From NCBI RefSeq assembly GCF_031769215.1, contig NW_026782437.1, forward strand, positions 310,001 to 374,000: a DNA stretch of 64,000 nucleotides, written 5' to 3'. Both the position numbers and the translations under genes were made by a program. Source of the stretch: Ylistrum balloti. Taxonomy: Eukaryota. The notes under the pieces were generated by a model. That model had not been told where the DNA came from, ran no database searches, and was given only the letters and a program-made list of their open reading frames with translations. Below, one piece after another: positions 36,745-48,343 of this stretch. The stretch's first letter is position 1. Each line of letters begins with the position of its first letter.

Positions 36745-38185
36745 AGAAAAAGGAAGGATATAGAAGGCACATAGGGAGGGTAAATAAGAATGATGAATAG
36801 GGTAGATAAATAGGTATGGTGATTAGGGAAGGAGAGGTATGGTGAAAAGGTAGGGAAAAGAGTTATAAATAGGGTAAATAAATAGGTATGGTGATAAGGG
36901 AAGGAAAAAATGTAGGGTAAAGAGGTATAAATAGGGTAGATAAACAGGTATGGTGATTAGGGAAGGAGGAGAGGTATGGTGAATAGGTAGGGTAAAGGGG
37001 TATAAATAGGGTAGATAAACAGGTATGGTGATTAGGGAAGGAGAAGAGGTATGGTGAATAGGTAGGGTAAAGGGGTATAAATAGGGTAGATAAACAGATA
37101 TGGTGATTAGGGAAGGAGAAGAGGTATGGTGAATAGGCAGGGTAAAGAGGTATGATGAATAGGGTAGATAAATAGGTATGGTGAATAGGGAAGGAGAAGA
37201 GGTATGGTGAATAGTTAGGGTAAGTATTTATGATGAATTGGGAAGGCAAAGAGGTATAATGAATGGGGAGGGAAAATAAGTATGTTGAATAGGGAAGAGG
37301 TATGATGAATAGAGAGGGTACAGCGATGAGGAATACATAGGGAAAATAATTGATGCATACAGAGGTTACACAGGTATGATAGATAGGAAGGGTAACGAGG
37401 TAAGATGAATAGGGAAGATCAATTGGTATACTGAATAAGGAAGGAGAAGAGGTATGGCAAAGAGGTATGATGAATGGGAAGGAAAATAGGTAAGGTAAAT
37501 AGGAGGGAAATAGAGGTATGATAAACGGGAGGGTAAATAGATATGATGGATACTTTTGGTAAAGAGGTATGATGAATGGGAAGGAAAATAGGTATGATGA
37601 ATAGGGAAGGAGATGAGGTATGGTGAATAGGAAGTTTAAAGAGGTATGATGAATAGGGAGGGTAAAGAGGTATGATGAATAGGCAGTTTAAAGAGGTATA
37701 ATGAATAGGGAGGGTAAAGAGGTGTGATGAAAAGGGAGGGTTAAGAGGTATGATGAATAGGGAGGGTAAATAGGTATGAGGAATAGGGAGGGTAAAGAGG
37801 TATGATGAATAGGGAGGGTAAATATGTATGATGAATAGGGAGGGTAAAGAGGTATGATGAATAGGGAGGGTAAATAGGTATGATGAATAGGGAGGGTAAA
37901 TAGGTATGATGGATAGGGAAGATAGATTGGTATGGTGAATAGGGCAGTTGAAGAGGTATGCTAAATAGAGAGGGTACAGAGGTACGATAAATAGGGATGG
38001 TAAAGTGGTATGCTAAAAAGGTAGGGTAAGGAGGTATGATAAAAAGGTAGGGTAAGGAGGTATGATAGAAAGGTAGGGTAAGGAGGTATGATAGAAAGGT
38101 AGGATAAGGAGGCATGATAAAAAGGTAGGGTAAATAGGTATGATAAAAAGATAGGGTAAATAGGGATGGTAAAGAGGTATGATGA
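36745..38185 (+). repeat. Purine-rich satellite, about 26-28 bp unit (gaggtatgatgaatagggagggtaaa)
   Basis: Tandem G/A-rich units. These explain the P/Y/L/F/I-rich antisense ORFs. Confidence 0.92.
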
Positions 38186-39469
38186 ACTTGGCGTAAGTAG
38201 AGCAGAAGTACTGACATTTTCAATTGCAATCTTTAAACACTCATGCATTGTATAGAATCGTGAAAAGTAATATCGACGGCATGGTCCAATATTGGTACTG
38301 GATACAACATCAAGTACATCACAGAAACCGAAAAAAAAAAACAAATACAAGGTAATTAACTAAAACCGAGAACGGTAGTGTGTACTGAGGTACTTTGTTA
38401 ATTCCCTCAGCCGATATAAGGGGAAATTTTGTTTTATGAAAAATGGCGGTTAAAACATATCCAAATTGTTTTATAGAAATCTCGGTACGGTGTGTACGGT
38501 TGCCACTGAGCATACCGAGATTTCTACAAAACATTTTTGATAGCTGAATATACATAGCTGAATATACATGCTGTACATCATAGACGAAGTGGAGCTAAAG
38601 GAACTGGCATGGGGCATGTCTATGATGTACAGCACCTCAAAATTATCTGTAAAACCTTCACCATCTGTGATAATGGATTTGTCTTATTTTTTAAGATTTA
38701 TCTGATATTTTCACCAACTTTGCACCTTGAGTATGCAATATATCATTACCAAAAGAAAATTTATGACCACAGAATGGACTTCCCAAAAATGATTGTTAAA
38801 TGGTTAATTAGATGAGAAGCTAGCGACCATAGATTTAATGGAACTTGCACAATTGGATGATGTGCTATCACTTTCGAATTCAAACGGGACATCGGAAAGG
38901 CCATGTCAAAATGTTCCGAACGTGTTGAATGTTGAAGTACTGTTGGTTTCTTATAATGAAAGCAAACGTTTCATGAAACAAGATCTTTTAAGGATGCAGA
39001 ATGCGTGACAATCAGAATCCACATAAAATGATGCATGATTTTTTAAAAGTATTTTGAAAACGATTAGAAGCTCTGACAGGATTATTTTAGTTATATGCAG
39101 GTATATTAATCATAGCTGAATTAAAGAAATGTGTTTGAGATTCATGTTTTTTTCTCTCTCATTTTTCCAAAAAATTTCCAGCAATGTTTTTTTTTTATTC
39201 AATTCATTCGAATAGTGGCACTGTTTAGAATAAACTATCTAATTATCTGATTGATTAAATTATTGGGCTAGTGCAACTTAATATTTGATTAAGATTTTGA
39301 CATTTCTTTCTATTAATTTTGAAGTTTTAAAAACTATGCCGAAGAGTCATAGAGGAAAGAAACAACTATATGATGTAGTTTTATTCATCATTTAGCGCAC
39401 CTGCATCTAATCGTAACTTTCTATTGAAATGTGCTGTTCACTACTGTGTATATTGTACAATTGTGATTT

Positions 39470-40060
39470 GATAAATCGGGAGGATAAGTGGGTATGTTGA
39501 ACAGGGAATGTAGATACGTATGTTGAATAAGGAGGGAGAGTAAGTATGTTGAATAGGGAGTGAAAAATGTATATATTAGATAGGGAGGATAAAGAGGTAT
39601 GATAAAAAGGTAAAGAGGCATGATAAATGGGGAGGTAAGTAGGTGTGAAGTATAGGGGCTGTAAATATGTATGGTGAATAGGGAGGGTAAAGAGGTATGA
39701 TGAATAGGGAAAGAGAAAAGGTATGGTGGATAGGCAGTTTAAAGAGGTATGATGAATAGGGAGGGTAAAGAGGTATGATGAATAGGGAGGGTAAAGAGGT
39801 ATGATGAATAGGCAGTTTAAAGAGGTATGATGAATAGGGAGGGTAAAGACATATGTTGAATGGGGAGGGTAAAGGGATATGATGAATAGGGAGGGTAAAG
39901 ACATATGTTGAATGGGGAGGGTAAAGAGGAATGTTGAATAGGGAGGGTAAAGAGGTATGATGAATAGGGAGGGGAAGGACATATGTTGAATGGGGAAGGT
40001 AAAGAAATATGTTGAATGGGGAGGGTAAAGAAATATGTTCAAGTGCATGGGTGGGTAAAT
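39470..40060 (+). repeat. Purine-rich satellite block upstream of copy A promoter
   Basis: Same unit as 36745-38185. Confidence 0.9.
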
Positions 40061-40329
40061 GGGGATGTCGAATGTGATTTTTCTATTTGTAGATGTTACT
40101 GTCTGTAGATATGTAATGAGAGAGTAATATGTGTGTTTTTATGTTTGTACATTTTGTATTAGCGAATATATGTGTTCTATTGATTACGTTGCCTGTCAGG
40201 AGTTTCTTCCCACTGAAAACTGTTACGTATACTTGCCCTTAACATACACATAACAATGTTGATATGATTTAAATATCGTCATTTACTGCCTGGTGTCTGA
40301 CTGCGCAAGGTAAACACACATGGTATTGC

Positions 40330-40561
40330 ACAACCGGAAGTTATATTTATATAAACGAAAATGCTGACACAGGTATCAAGTCCAATTGGGGTGGAGAACA
40401 CGAATTAACTTGTCCGGGATTCCTGGTCCAATGCGCATGCGGTAGGGTTATTATTAAAGTATTTCCCCAGATTGAACCAATAAGAACGTCTCGCGCCGGT
40501 ATATATATAAATTACCAGTGCAGCTCAGACTTCAGTCAATACAGATCTTTTAAACATCAAG
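40330..40561 (+). promoter_or_regulatory. Core promoter and non-coding exon 1 of copy A
   Basis: CCGGAAGT (ETS-type) 40334-40341; TGCGCATGCG (NRF1-type) 40432-40441; CCAAT 40477-40481; TATATAAA 40504-40511; initiator-like TCAGTC 40532-40537, with its A 30 nt after the TATA; strong donor AAG|GTGAGT at 40561/40562. Confidence 0.7.
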
Positions 40562-41703
40562 GTGAGTAATAACACTGAATTTGCTATCAGATTGACACTG
40601 TTACACCGTTTTATCTTAATGTAGTACGCATACTCACTTTTCTAACAATGTAAACAATAACATGTTTACACGATCTAAATTATAAATGTTAGACTACAGC
40701 CGGGTGATTGACAACAGCAATATACTTGTTGTTAGTTCATGTTATCTATATGAATATTTTCGCTACAGCGCTACGTCATTAAAGGTGATCCTTGGACCCA
40801 GAACACTCGCCAATTGGATATGCTAATTTTTGCTTAATGAATGAATCAGTAACCACAAACTTCGGGTCAATTTTAACCCTACAGATTTTTCAATTAATCT
40901 ATAAGCTTTACAATTTTTGGGAAATCTGAAATACATAATTATTTTACATCAGCGTGCCTGTCAAAATTCACAGTAGAAAATTATTTTCGAAAATTGATAA
41001 GTACACCGGTGTTAGAACTCTTTCTGTTTATTTGAATGTAATTTTCATCGACATGATTTAAAATGAATTATTGATTCTGTTTTTATATCCCATCACCATT
41101 CAATTATATGAACTAACTGTACAAGCTAACCAGTAATCACCATTATTTTTATCTCCATTTCTTCATAAGCTTCCAGAAGGTTTAGATTTACGCTAAGAGC
41201 AATTAGTAAAACAATAGACAAAGCTAAGTTAGATTTCGGTGTTTAAGTTTATTATTTCTTACAATGTAGATTTGAATTATATTAACCTGTTTTGTAGTTT
41301 GTAATGATGTCGATAATGATATGGTATTCTAGTATAATGTGTAATATCTGCGTAAACACTCATTGTGATACCTGCTGCAAGTATAACTGGGATGATGTTT
41401 ATAAATGGTTTTGTTGTCTATTGAGATAAAATTGTTTCCGGTTATAGGATTGCACTACAGTACTGTTTTATAGTTTCGAAATGTACCGCATTTATTTTTG
41501 AATTCAAATCTTAAAATCAATTACTTTTCACATTACACGTAAAATTAGGTCGGTGAGAAAAAGGTCACAGAAAAAAAAACCTGTTCATTGACATGAGATA
41601 TAATTTGATTGTTTGAAAACAATTAATCTGTTGCTCAAAACTGACAGTTAATAAAATGTTGATATTTAACATCTGTTAATGTCCTGATAATTATCTCTTT
41701 AAG

Positions 41704-44307
41704 ATGCCAGCTATCAAGAGAAAAAGTACAGAGGTCAGTATGGCAAAGAAACCAAGTCTTCGACGGGACAACACTCTGACTCTAGAATCATCAGACGACT
41801 CGTCCCCTCTTAGTTCCTCGAGGTCCGTGAGACGCAGTACCTCAAAATTATCCTCATCTGTCTCCACACTTAAACGGAAAGCGACGCTGGTATCCGAAGG
41901 ATCCGGAATCTATTCATCCGTAGTCGCTCTTAATTCTGGCTCCAGTGTCGGTAAAACAGCGAGTTTGAAATCAGCTTCCGTTGGAAAGGGTTGCGATGTC
42001 ATACCTGTTTCCCCTTCGCTTTCTAAAAAAGCAAGTGGAAGTAAAACATCAGCAGCAGTTGATACATTACGTAAGTCTGTTTCTGAGTTAAAAGATCTAA
42101 TGGAGACCACTTCATCAGTGAAGAGTTCCTTGTCGAAGAGAAAATCATCTCTTGTGAAAGAACCATCTCTGACGAAAACATCACTTTCCAAACGGAAGTC
42201 CAGTATCCCTGATGTGAATACCAGTAGCAATTCCACCACAACTCCACCACTACCACCCGGTGGTCTCCTAGAGATCGCCATTTCATTTGATACCACTGGA
42301 TCTATGTACGGCTGTCTAGAGGAAGTTCGTGGAAGAATCAAAGACATGGTTCAACGACTTCAGGCCGATATTCCAGGAATCAGAATAGCAATTATTGCAC
42401 ACGGAGACTATTGTGATGTGGATAATTACATTGTGAAATGGATTGATTTCGGGGCAACTGTTCCAGAGCTATGCGAGTTCGTGGAAACAGTTTCGCGCAC
42501 CTGCGGTGGAGATGCGGACGAATGTTACGAACTCGTGCTTCGAAGGGCAAGGGAGGTATTATCATGGACACCAGGAAGCCAACGCTCTCTAGTTGTAATA
42601 GGGGATTGTGCACCTCATGAAGTTGGGTATTCATATAACGGTTTTGTGAACGACATAGATTGGCGTGTGGAGGCTCAAGAACTAAACAAAATGGTAATTG
42701 TCCTTTAATAAATGATCAATGATATATAGCCTTTTGTTGTATACTTATATATGTAAATAAAGCATCATGCGTTAGTATTTTGTTAGTACAGTACTTCAGT
42801 TTGAACATTCTTTATCAAAAAAAATAATGGGTTTAGTTTTGAAGTTTGAATGTTTGTCCAGTAATAATAAGATAAAACTTTAATTTATTTCAGGGTGTCA
42901 AGATATACAGTGTTTGTGTCAACGCCATACCGCTACTTTTTTATAATGTGATAGCAAATAAGACAGGTGGAAAAACAATCCCTCTTGCTAGTTTCGGAAT
43001 TCTGTTTGACATTCTGATGTCTATTTGTTACAAGGAAGGAGGACCAGACTTGTTTGAGGTAGGCACATCATTGATCATCATTCACCATTGTTGACCAATT
43101 AATAGATTTTAGATAACCATTTTTAATTAAGCTGTTGATACCGTTTGAAAACCTACTGCATTGGCAATTCAGGTTAAGATATTTATGCTGCTAAAATAAA
43201 TAGTATTTGAGCTATATATTAATATGAAAAGAAGGTAATACTATCATAACTATTTTACAGGCTTATGAAGCAGAAGTGAGGGAAAGAAACAAACACAAGA
43301 CAATGGACACAGCGCTTGAGGGAATGTTTACCTCTCTCGGGGGTAAGAAAAGTAGCTTCGGATTAGCCCCAGCATCACACATAGGGACCGGACTGCCAGC
43401 ATTCAAACCATTGACTCTTCCAACGGGAACGGCTGGAATGTTTTCACTGGGAAAACCAACGACCCATAAGATAAAAACTGCCAAGAAAAATAAAACTACA
43501 AAGAAACAAACTAAAATTACAAAAAAGACAAAGGTAAGAATCTAAAAAATTGTCTTTACCCTAAATATAGATAAACCATAATGATTATATTTAGGGGTAC
43601 TTGATAAAAAAAAAACAGATAAAAAGAAAAAAAAATACGTAGCTTAAGAAAACTTCGGTTTGAAAAATCAGTGATTTCTATTATCTAAATAAGGCCCAGG
43701 GAAAAACTGGAATGGTGATTTTGAAATTGTTTTACAGGAAAGAAAAAGTAGAGGAAAGTCTGGAGGACGATTCAACAGGGAAAGTCTTACACACGCGAAA
43801 TTTACAAAAGGACCTCTGAAGCGACTGGTATGGTCAAAATGGATGTTGGGGATTTCCAAAACCCAGTTTGCGAAAGCTGACGGACATGACATCAGCTTCA
43901 CTCACCGCGATTGGTGTGACGCCTTTTGTAACAAAGGTATACTTACAGCGGACGATGTGAATGGCATTCCTGCAGTGTATGAGTTTGCTGTTCGTTTGTC
44001 TGGAAAGAAGAAACTGTACCCAGTGTTCTACAAGGTAACCACAGGAGTACCCAAGGGCAGTAATTGGTTAAACTATCTCCTCTCACAGAAAAGGGTTCGC
44101 AACGTCATCAAAGATGTGGTGAATACTCACGCTGACGTCATGGTGAGGAAAGGCCAGTTTAAAACGAACAGATCTACATTCATTCAGAAAGTGTCACAGT
44201 TGATGTTTAAAAAGTATGACTACGCATGGGTAGGACATAGAGACAGAAAGATGAAATTCCGGAATCTCAAGCGATGTGGAGTTCGGATTTCCAGCGATTC
44301 ATACTGA
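41704..44307 (+). CDS. vWA + GIY-YIG-like family copy A, intact, about 665 aa
   Basis: Exons 41704-42693 (330 codons; ATG directly after ttaag), 42894-43058 (55), 43261-43533 (91), 43738-44307 (189 + TGA); all phase 0 and at the same positions as gene 1. Motifs EIAISFDTTGSM, AHGDYCD, GGDADECYELVL, IGD.APH, WSKW, PAVYEFAV, YDYAW. AATAAA at 44341. Confidence 0.9.
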
Positions 44308-45411
44308 TCGTCATCCGTCAGCAAGGAGACAAATGGCAGCAATAAAACACCAGTTTGACGTTATTGTCATAGGTTTATATGCCTCCATATCCATTATGCT
44401 CTTGTTTTTAAAACTGAAGAGAAATTAACATCATGTATTGTGGTTTTCTGATATAAGAAGTTAATAGTTATTTTCTTTGACATTTATGCTTAATATATTT
44501 GTATCCTCCTTTTGAAACAAACACGCCACGTGCTAACTTTTCCGTACAATAATGGACATCACGTTTACACCTTTTACTTTACCAATTGAAATTTGAAGTG
44601 AATCCGTCAACGTTTATAAGTTTTGGACCCGGGACTACAAGATCGCTCCATCTATTATAATTTTTTATCAGAACGTTTAGTTTCTTTAATTTAGTTATTC
44701 AGCAGCCACTTGGCGATTAACTTTGATTTGGCTACAAGTTCAAATTTTGAACATTTGTCTGAATACATAAAGCCATTGTTACATGTCAGGTAAATATTAC
44801 AAAACATCGATTCCTGTTTTATGACATAAATGGTCTTTATTTATTTTCTTTTATTATTGTTATATATATATATATATATATATATTATGTATGTGTAAAG
44901 GATGGTAATGCAGACATATTGTGTTTTATAGTGTATTGTTTTATCTTAGTATAGAAATAAATGTTTTTTATTGTTCATGTAAAGTTAAGGTTTTATTCTA
45001 TTTTCTTTCAGATAATGATTTCCCAATGAAATAAGAAAGAAACTATTCGTTTTCAATTAAGTTTTTACTAACTTCTTGCTATCAAAAAGCTAATGTGAAC
45101 ATTTCTTGCGATACGAATATGTTTTCTACCACATCAATGATACATCAATCCTTTTCTGTTTAAACAATCTGGTCGTATACAAAAAAATTGGTAAATCAGC
45201 CACCGGGACATTTCCAATTATTTGGTGCCAGCTAATAGGTTTTCGCTCTTGTATCCTTACATCACTAAAATACATATTTGAACAACTTTAATTAAACGTT
45301 TCATTCTTCAATAAAAATGATAAAACAAGCTCTGTCCACTTGATAGAGGAGTCGAAGGCAGCACGCCTCCTTGTAATGGGTCTGTTTGGACTATTTAATC
45401 TACTGCGACTG

Positions 45412-45412
<1 letters not shown>

Positions 45413-45448
<36 letters not shown>

Positions 45449-45650
45449 CTACTACTGTTTACACACACAACTACTACTATTTACATACACAACTACTGCT
45501 GTTTACACACACAACTACTACTACTATTTACACACACAACTACTACTATTTACATACACAACTACTGTTTACACACACAACTACTACTATTTACACACAC
45601 AACTACTATTTACATACACAACTACTACTGTTTACACACACAACTTCTAC
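45413..45650. repeat. (CA)n plus (ACACAACTACTACTRTTT)n compound microsatellite
   Basis: Direct reading; duplicated at 52061-52300. Confidence 0.95.
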
Positions 45651-46299
45651 TGTCTAACGTGTTGAAAAACTGTGGTTTTGGTTTCTTACAATGAAGGCAA
45701 AACGTTTCCTGAAAAAATATCTGTCAAGGATGCAGAATTCGTGACAATCAGAATCCACACAAAATGATACATAATTTTTGAAAACAATAACAAGCACTGA
45801 CAGGAACATTTTAAGTTATATGCGAGTATGAAAAAATGCTATTTAAACATTGATAATTGGGTAAAAATACAACATAAAATCTAAAAAATATCTATCAAAG
45901 CTAAATTATTGAAACGTGTTTGAGATTCATGTTTTTCTCTCCATAAAAGTATTTTTTCAAATCATTTTCCAGGAAATATTTTTTGATTGATTTCATTCGA
46001 ATAGTGGCACTGTTCAGAATAAATTTCGGATGTATGAAAATTATCTAATTGATTAAATTATTGGGCTAGTGCAACTTATAATTTGATTTAGAATTCGACA
46101 TTTTTTCCCTATCAATTTTAATTTTCTTCTGTAGCCTATAAGTTTTTAAAGAATATGCCGAAGAGTCATAGAAGAATGAAACAGTCGTATAATGTAATTT
46201 CGTTCATCATTTAGCACATCTGCATCTAATTGTAAATTTGTATTGAAATGTGCTGGCTACTACTGTGTATATTGTACAATTGTGAGTACGTTTGTTAAA

Positions 46300-46830
46300 T
46301 CGGGAGGGTAAATGGGTATGTTGAACAGGGAATGTAAATACGTATGTTGAATAAGGAGGGAAAAGAAGTATGTTGAATAGGGAGTGAAAATGCATATATA
46401 AGATAGGGAGGATAACGAAGCATGATAAAAAGGTAAAGAGGCATGATAAATGGGGAGGTAAGTAGGTGTGATATATAGGGGCTGTAAATATGTATGACGG
46501 ATAGGGAGGATAAAGACATATGTTGAATAGGGAGGGTAAAGAAGTATGATAAATAGGGAAGGAGAAAAAGTATGGTGGATAGGCAGTTTAAAGAGGTATG
46601 ATGAATAGGGAGGGTAATGAGGTATGATGAATAGGGAGGGTATAGAGGTATGATGAATAGGGAGGGTAAAGAGGTATGTTGAATAGGGAGGGTAAAGAGA
46701 TATGTTGAATGGGGAGGGTAAAGAGGTATGTTGAATAGGGAGGGTAAAGACATATGTTTAATAGGGAGGGTAAAGACACATATTGAATGGGGAGGGTAAA
46801 GACATATGTTGAAGTGGGTGGGTAAATGGG
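46300..46830 (+). repeat. Purine-rich satellite upstream of copy B promoter
   Basis: Same unit as upstream of copy A. Confidence 0.9.
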
Positions 46831-47099
46831 GATGTCGAATGTGATTTTTCTATTTGTAGCTGTTACTGTCTGTCGATATGTAATGAGAGAGTAATAGGTG
46901 TGGTTTTATGTTTGTACATTTTGTATTAGCGAGTATATGTGCTCTATTGATTACGTTGCCTGTCAGGAAGTTCTTCCCACTGAAAACTGTTTAGTATACC
47001 TGCCTTTAACAGCGTACATACACACAACAATATTGATATGATTTAAATATCGTCATTTACTGCCCGGTGTCTGAATGCGCAAGGCTACACACATGGTAT

Positions 47100-47289
47100 T
47101 GCACAATCGGAAGTTATATTTATATAAACGAAAATGCTGACACAGGTATCTAGTTAAATCGGGGTGCAAAACACGAATTAACTTGTCCTGGATTCCTGTT
47201 CAATGCGCATGCGGTAGGTTTATTATTAAGGTATTTCCCCGTCCTGCGTCGGTATATATATAAATTATACAGATCTTTTAAACATCAAG
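47100..47289 (+). promoter_or_regulatory. Eroded promoter and exon 1 of copy B
   Basis: Aligns to 40330-40561. Keeps TGCGCATGCG, TATA and AAG|GTGAGT (47289/47290) but lacks the CCAAT- and initiator-containing segments; the ETS site reads TCGGAAGT. Confidence 0.6.
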
Positions 47290-48343
47290 GTGAGTAATAA
47301 CACTGAATTTGCTATCAGATTGACACTGTTACACGGTTTTATCTTAATGTAGTACGCATACTCACTTTCCTAACAGTGTAAACAATAACATGTTTAAACG
47401 ATCTAAATTATAAATGTTAGACTACAGCCGGGTGATTGACAACAGCAATATACTTGTTAGTTCATGTTATCTATATGAATATTTTCGCTACGTCATTAAA
47501 GGTGATCCTTGGCCCAAGAGCACTCGCCAATTGGATTTGCTAATTTTTGTTAGTGAATGAATCAGTAACCACAAACTTCGGGTCAATTTTAACCCTACAG
47601 ATTTTTCAATTAATCTATAAGCTTTACAATTTTTGGGAAATCTGAAATACATAATTATTTTACATCAGCGTGCCTGTCAAAATTCACAGTAGAAAATTAT
47701 TTTCGAAAATTGATAAGTACACTGGTGTTGGGACTAACTGTCCACGCAAAGCAGTAATCACCATTATTTTTATCTCCCCTTCTTCATATGCTTCCAGAAG
47801 GTTTAGATTTACGCTAAGATCAATTAGTAAAACAATAGTCAAAGCTAAGTTAGATTTCGGTGTTTAAGTTTATTATTTCTTACAATGTAGATATGAATTC
47901 TATTAAGCTGTTTTGTAGTTTTTAATGATGTCGAAAATGATATGATATTCTGGTATAATGTGTAATATCTGCGTAAACACTCATTGTGATACCTGCTGCA
48001 AGTATAACTGGGATGATGTTTATAAATGGTTTTGTTGTCTATTGAGATAAAATTGTTTCCGGTTATAGGATTGCACTACAGTACCGTTTTATAGTTTCGA
48101 AATGTACCGCATTTATTTTTGAATTCAAATCTTAAAATCAATTACTTTTCACCTTACAATCAACCACGTGAGCTTCAGTTCAAAATTAGGTCGGTGAGAA
48201 AAAGGTCACAGAAAAAAAACCTGTTCATTTACATGAGATATGAATTTATTATTTGAAAACAATTAATCTATTGCTCAAAACTGACAGTTAATAAAATTTT
48301 GATATTTAACATCTCTCAATATCCTAATAATTATCTCTTTAAG

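Noticed and set aside
36863-40048. P/Y/L/F/I-rich minus-strand ORFs (also 46295..46779, 52942..53426)
   Set aside because: Translations of the purine-rich satellite, with no splice or start context.
45340-45694. His/Thr-rich ORFs (also 51988..52342)
   Set aside because: Products of the CA/CAACTACTA microsatellite.
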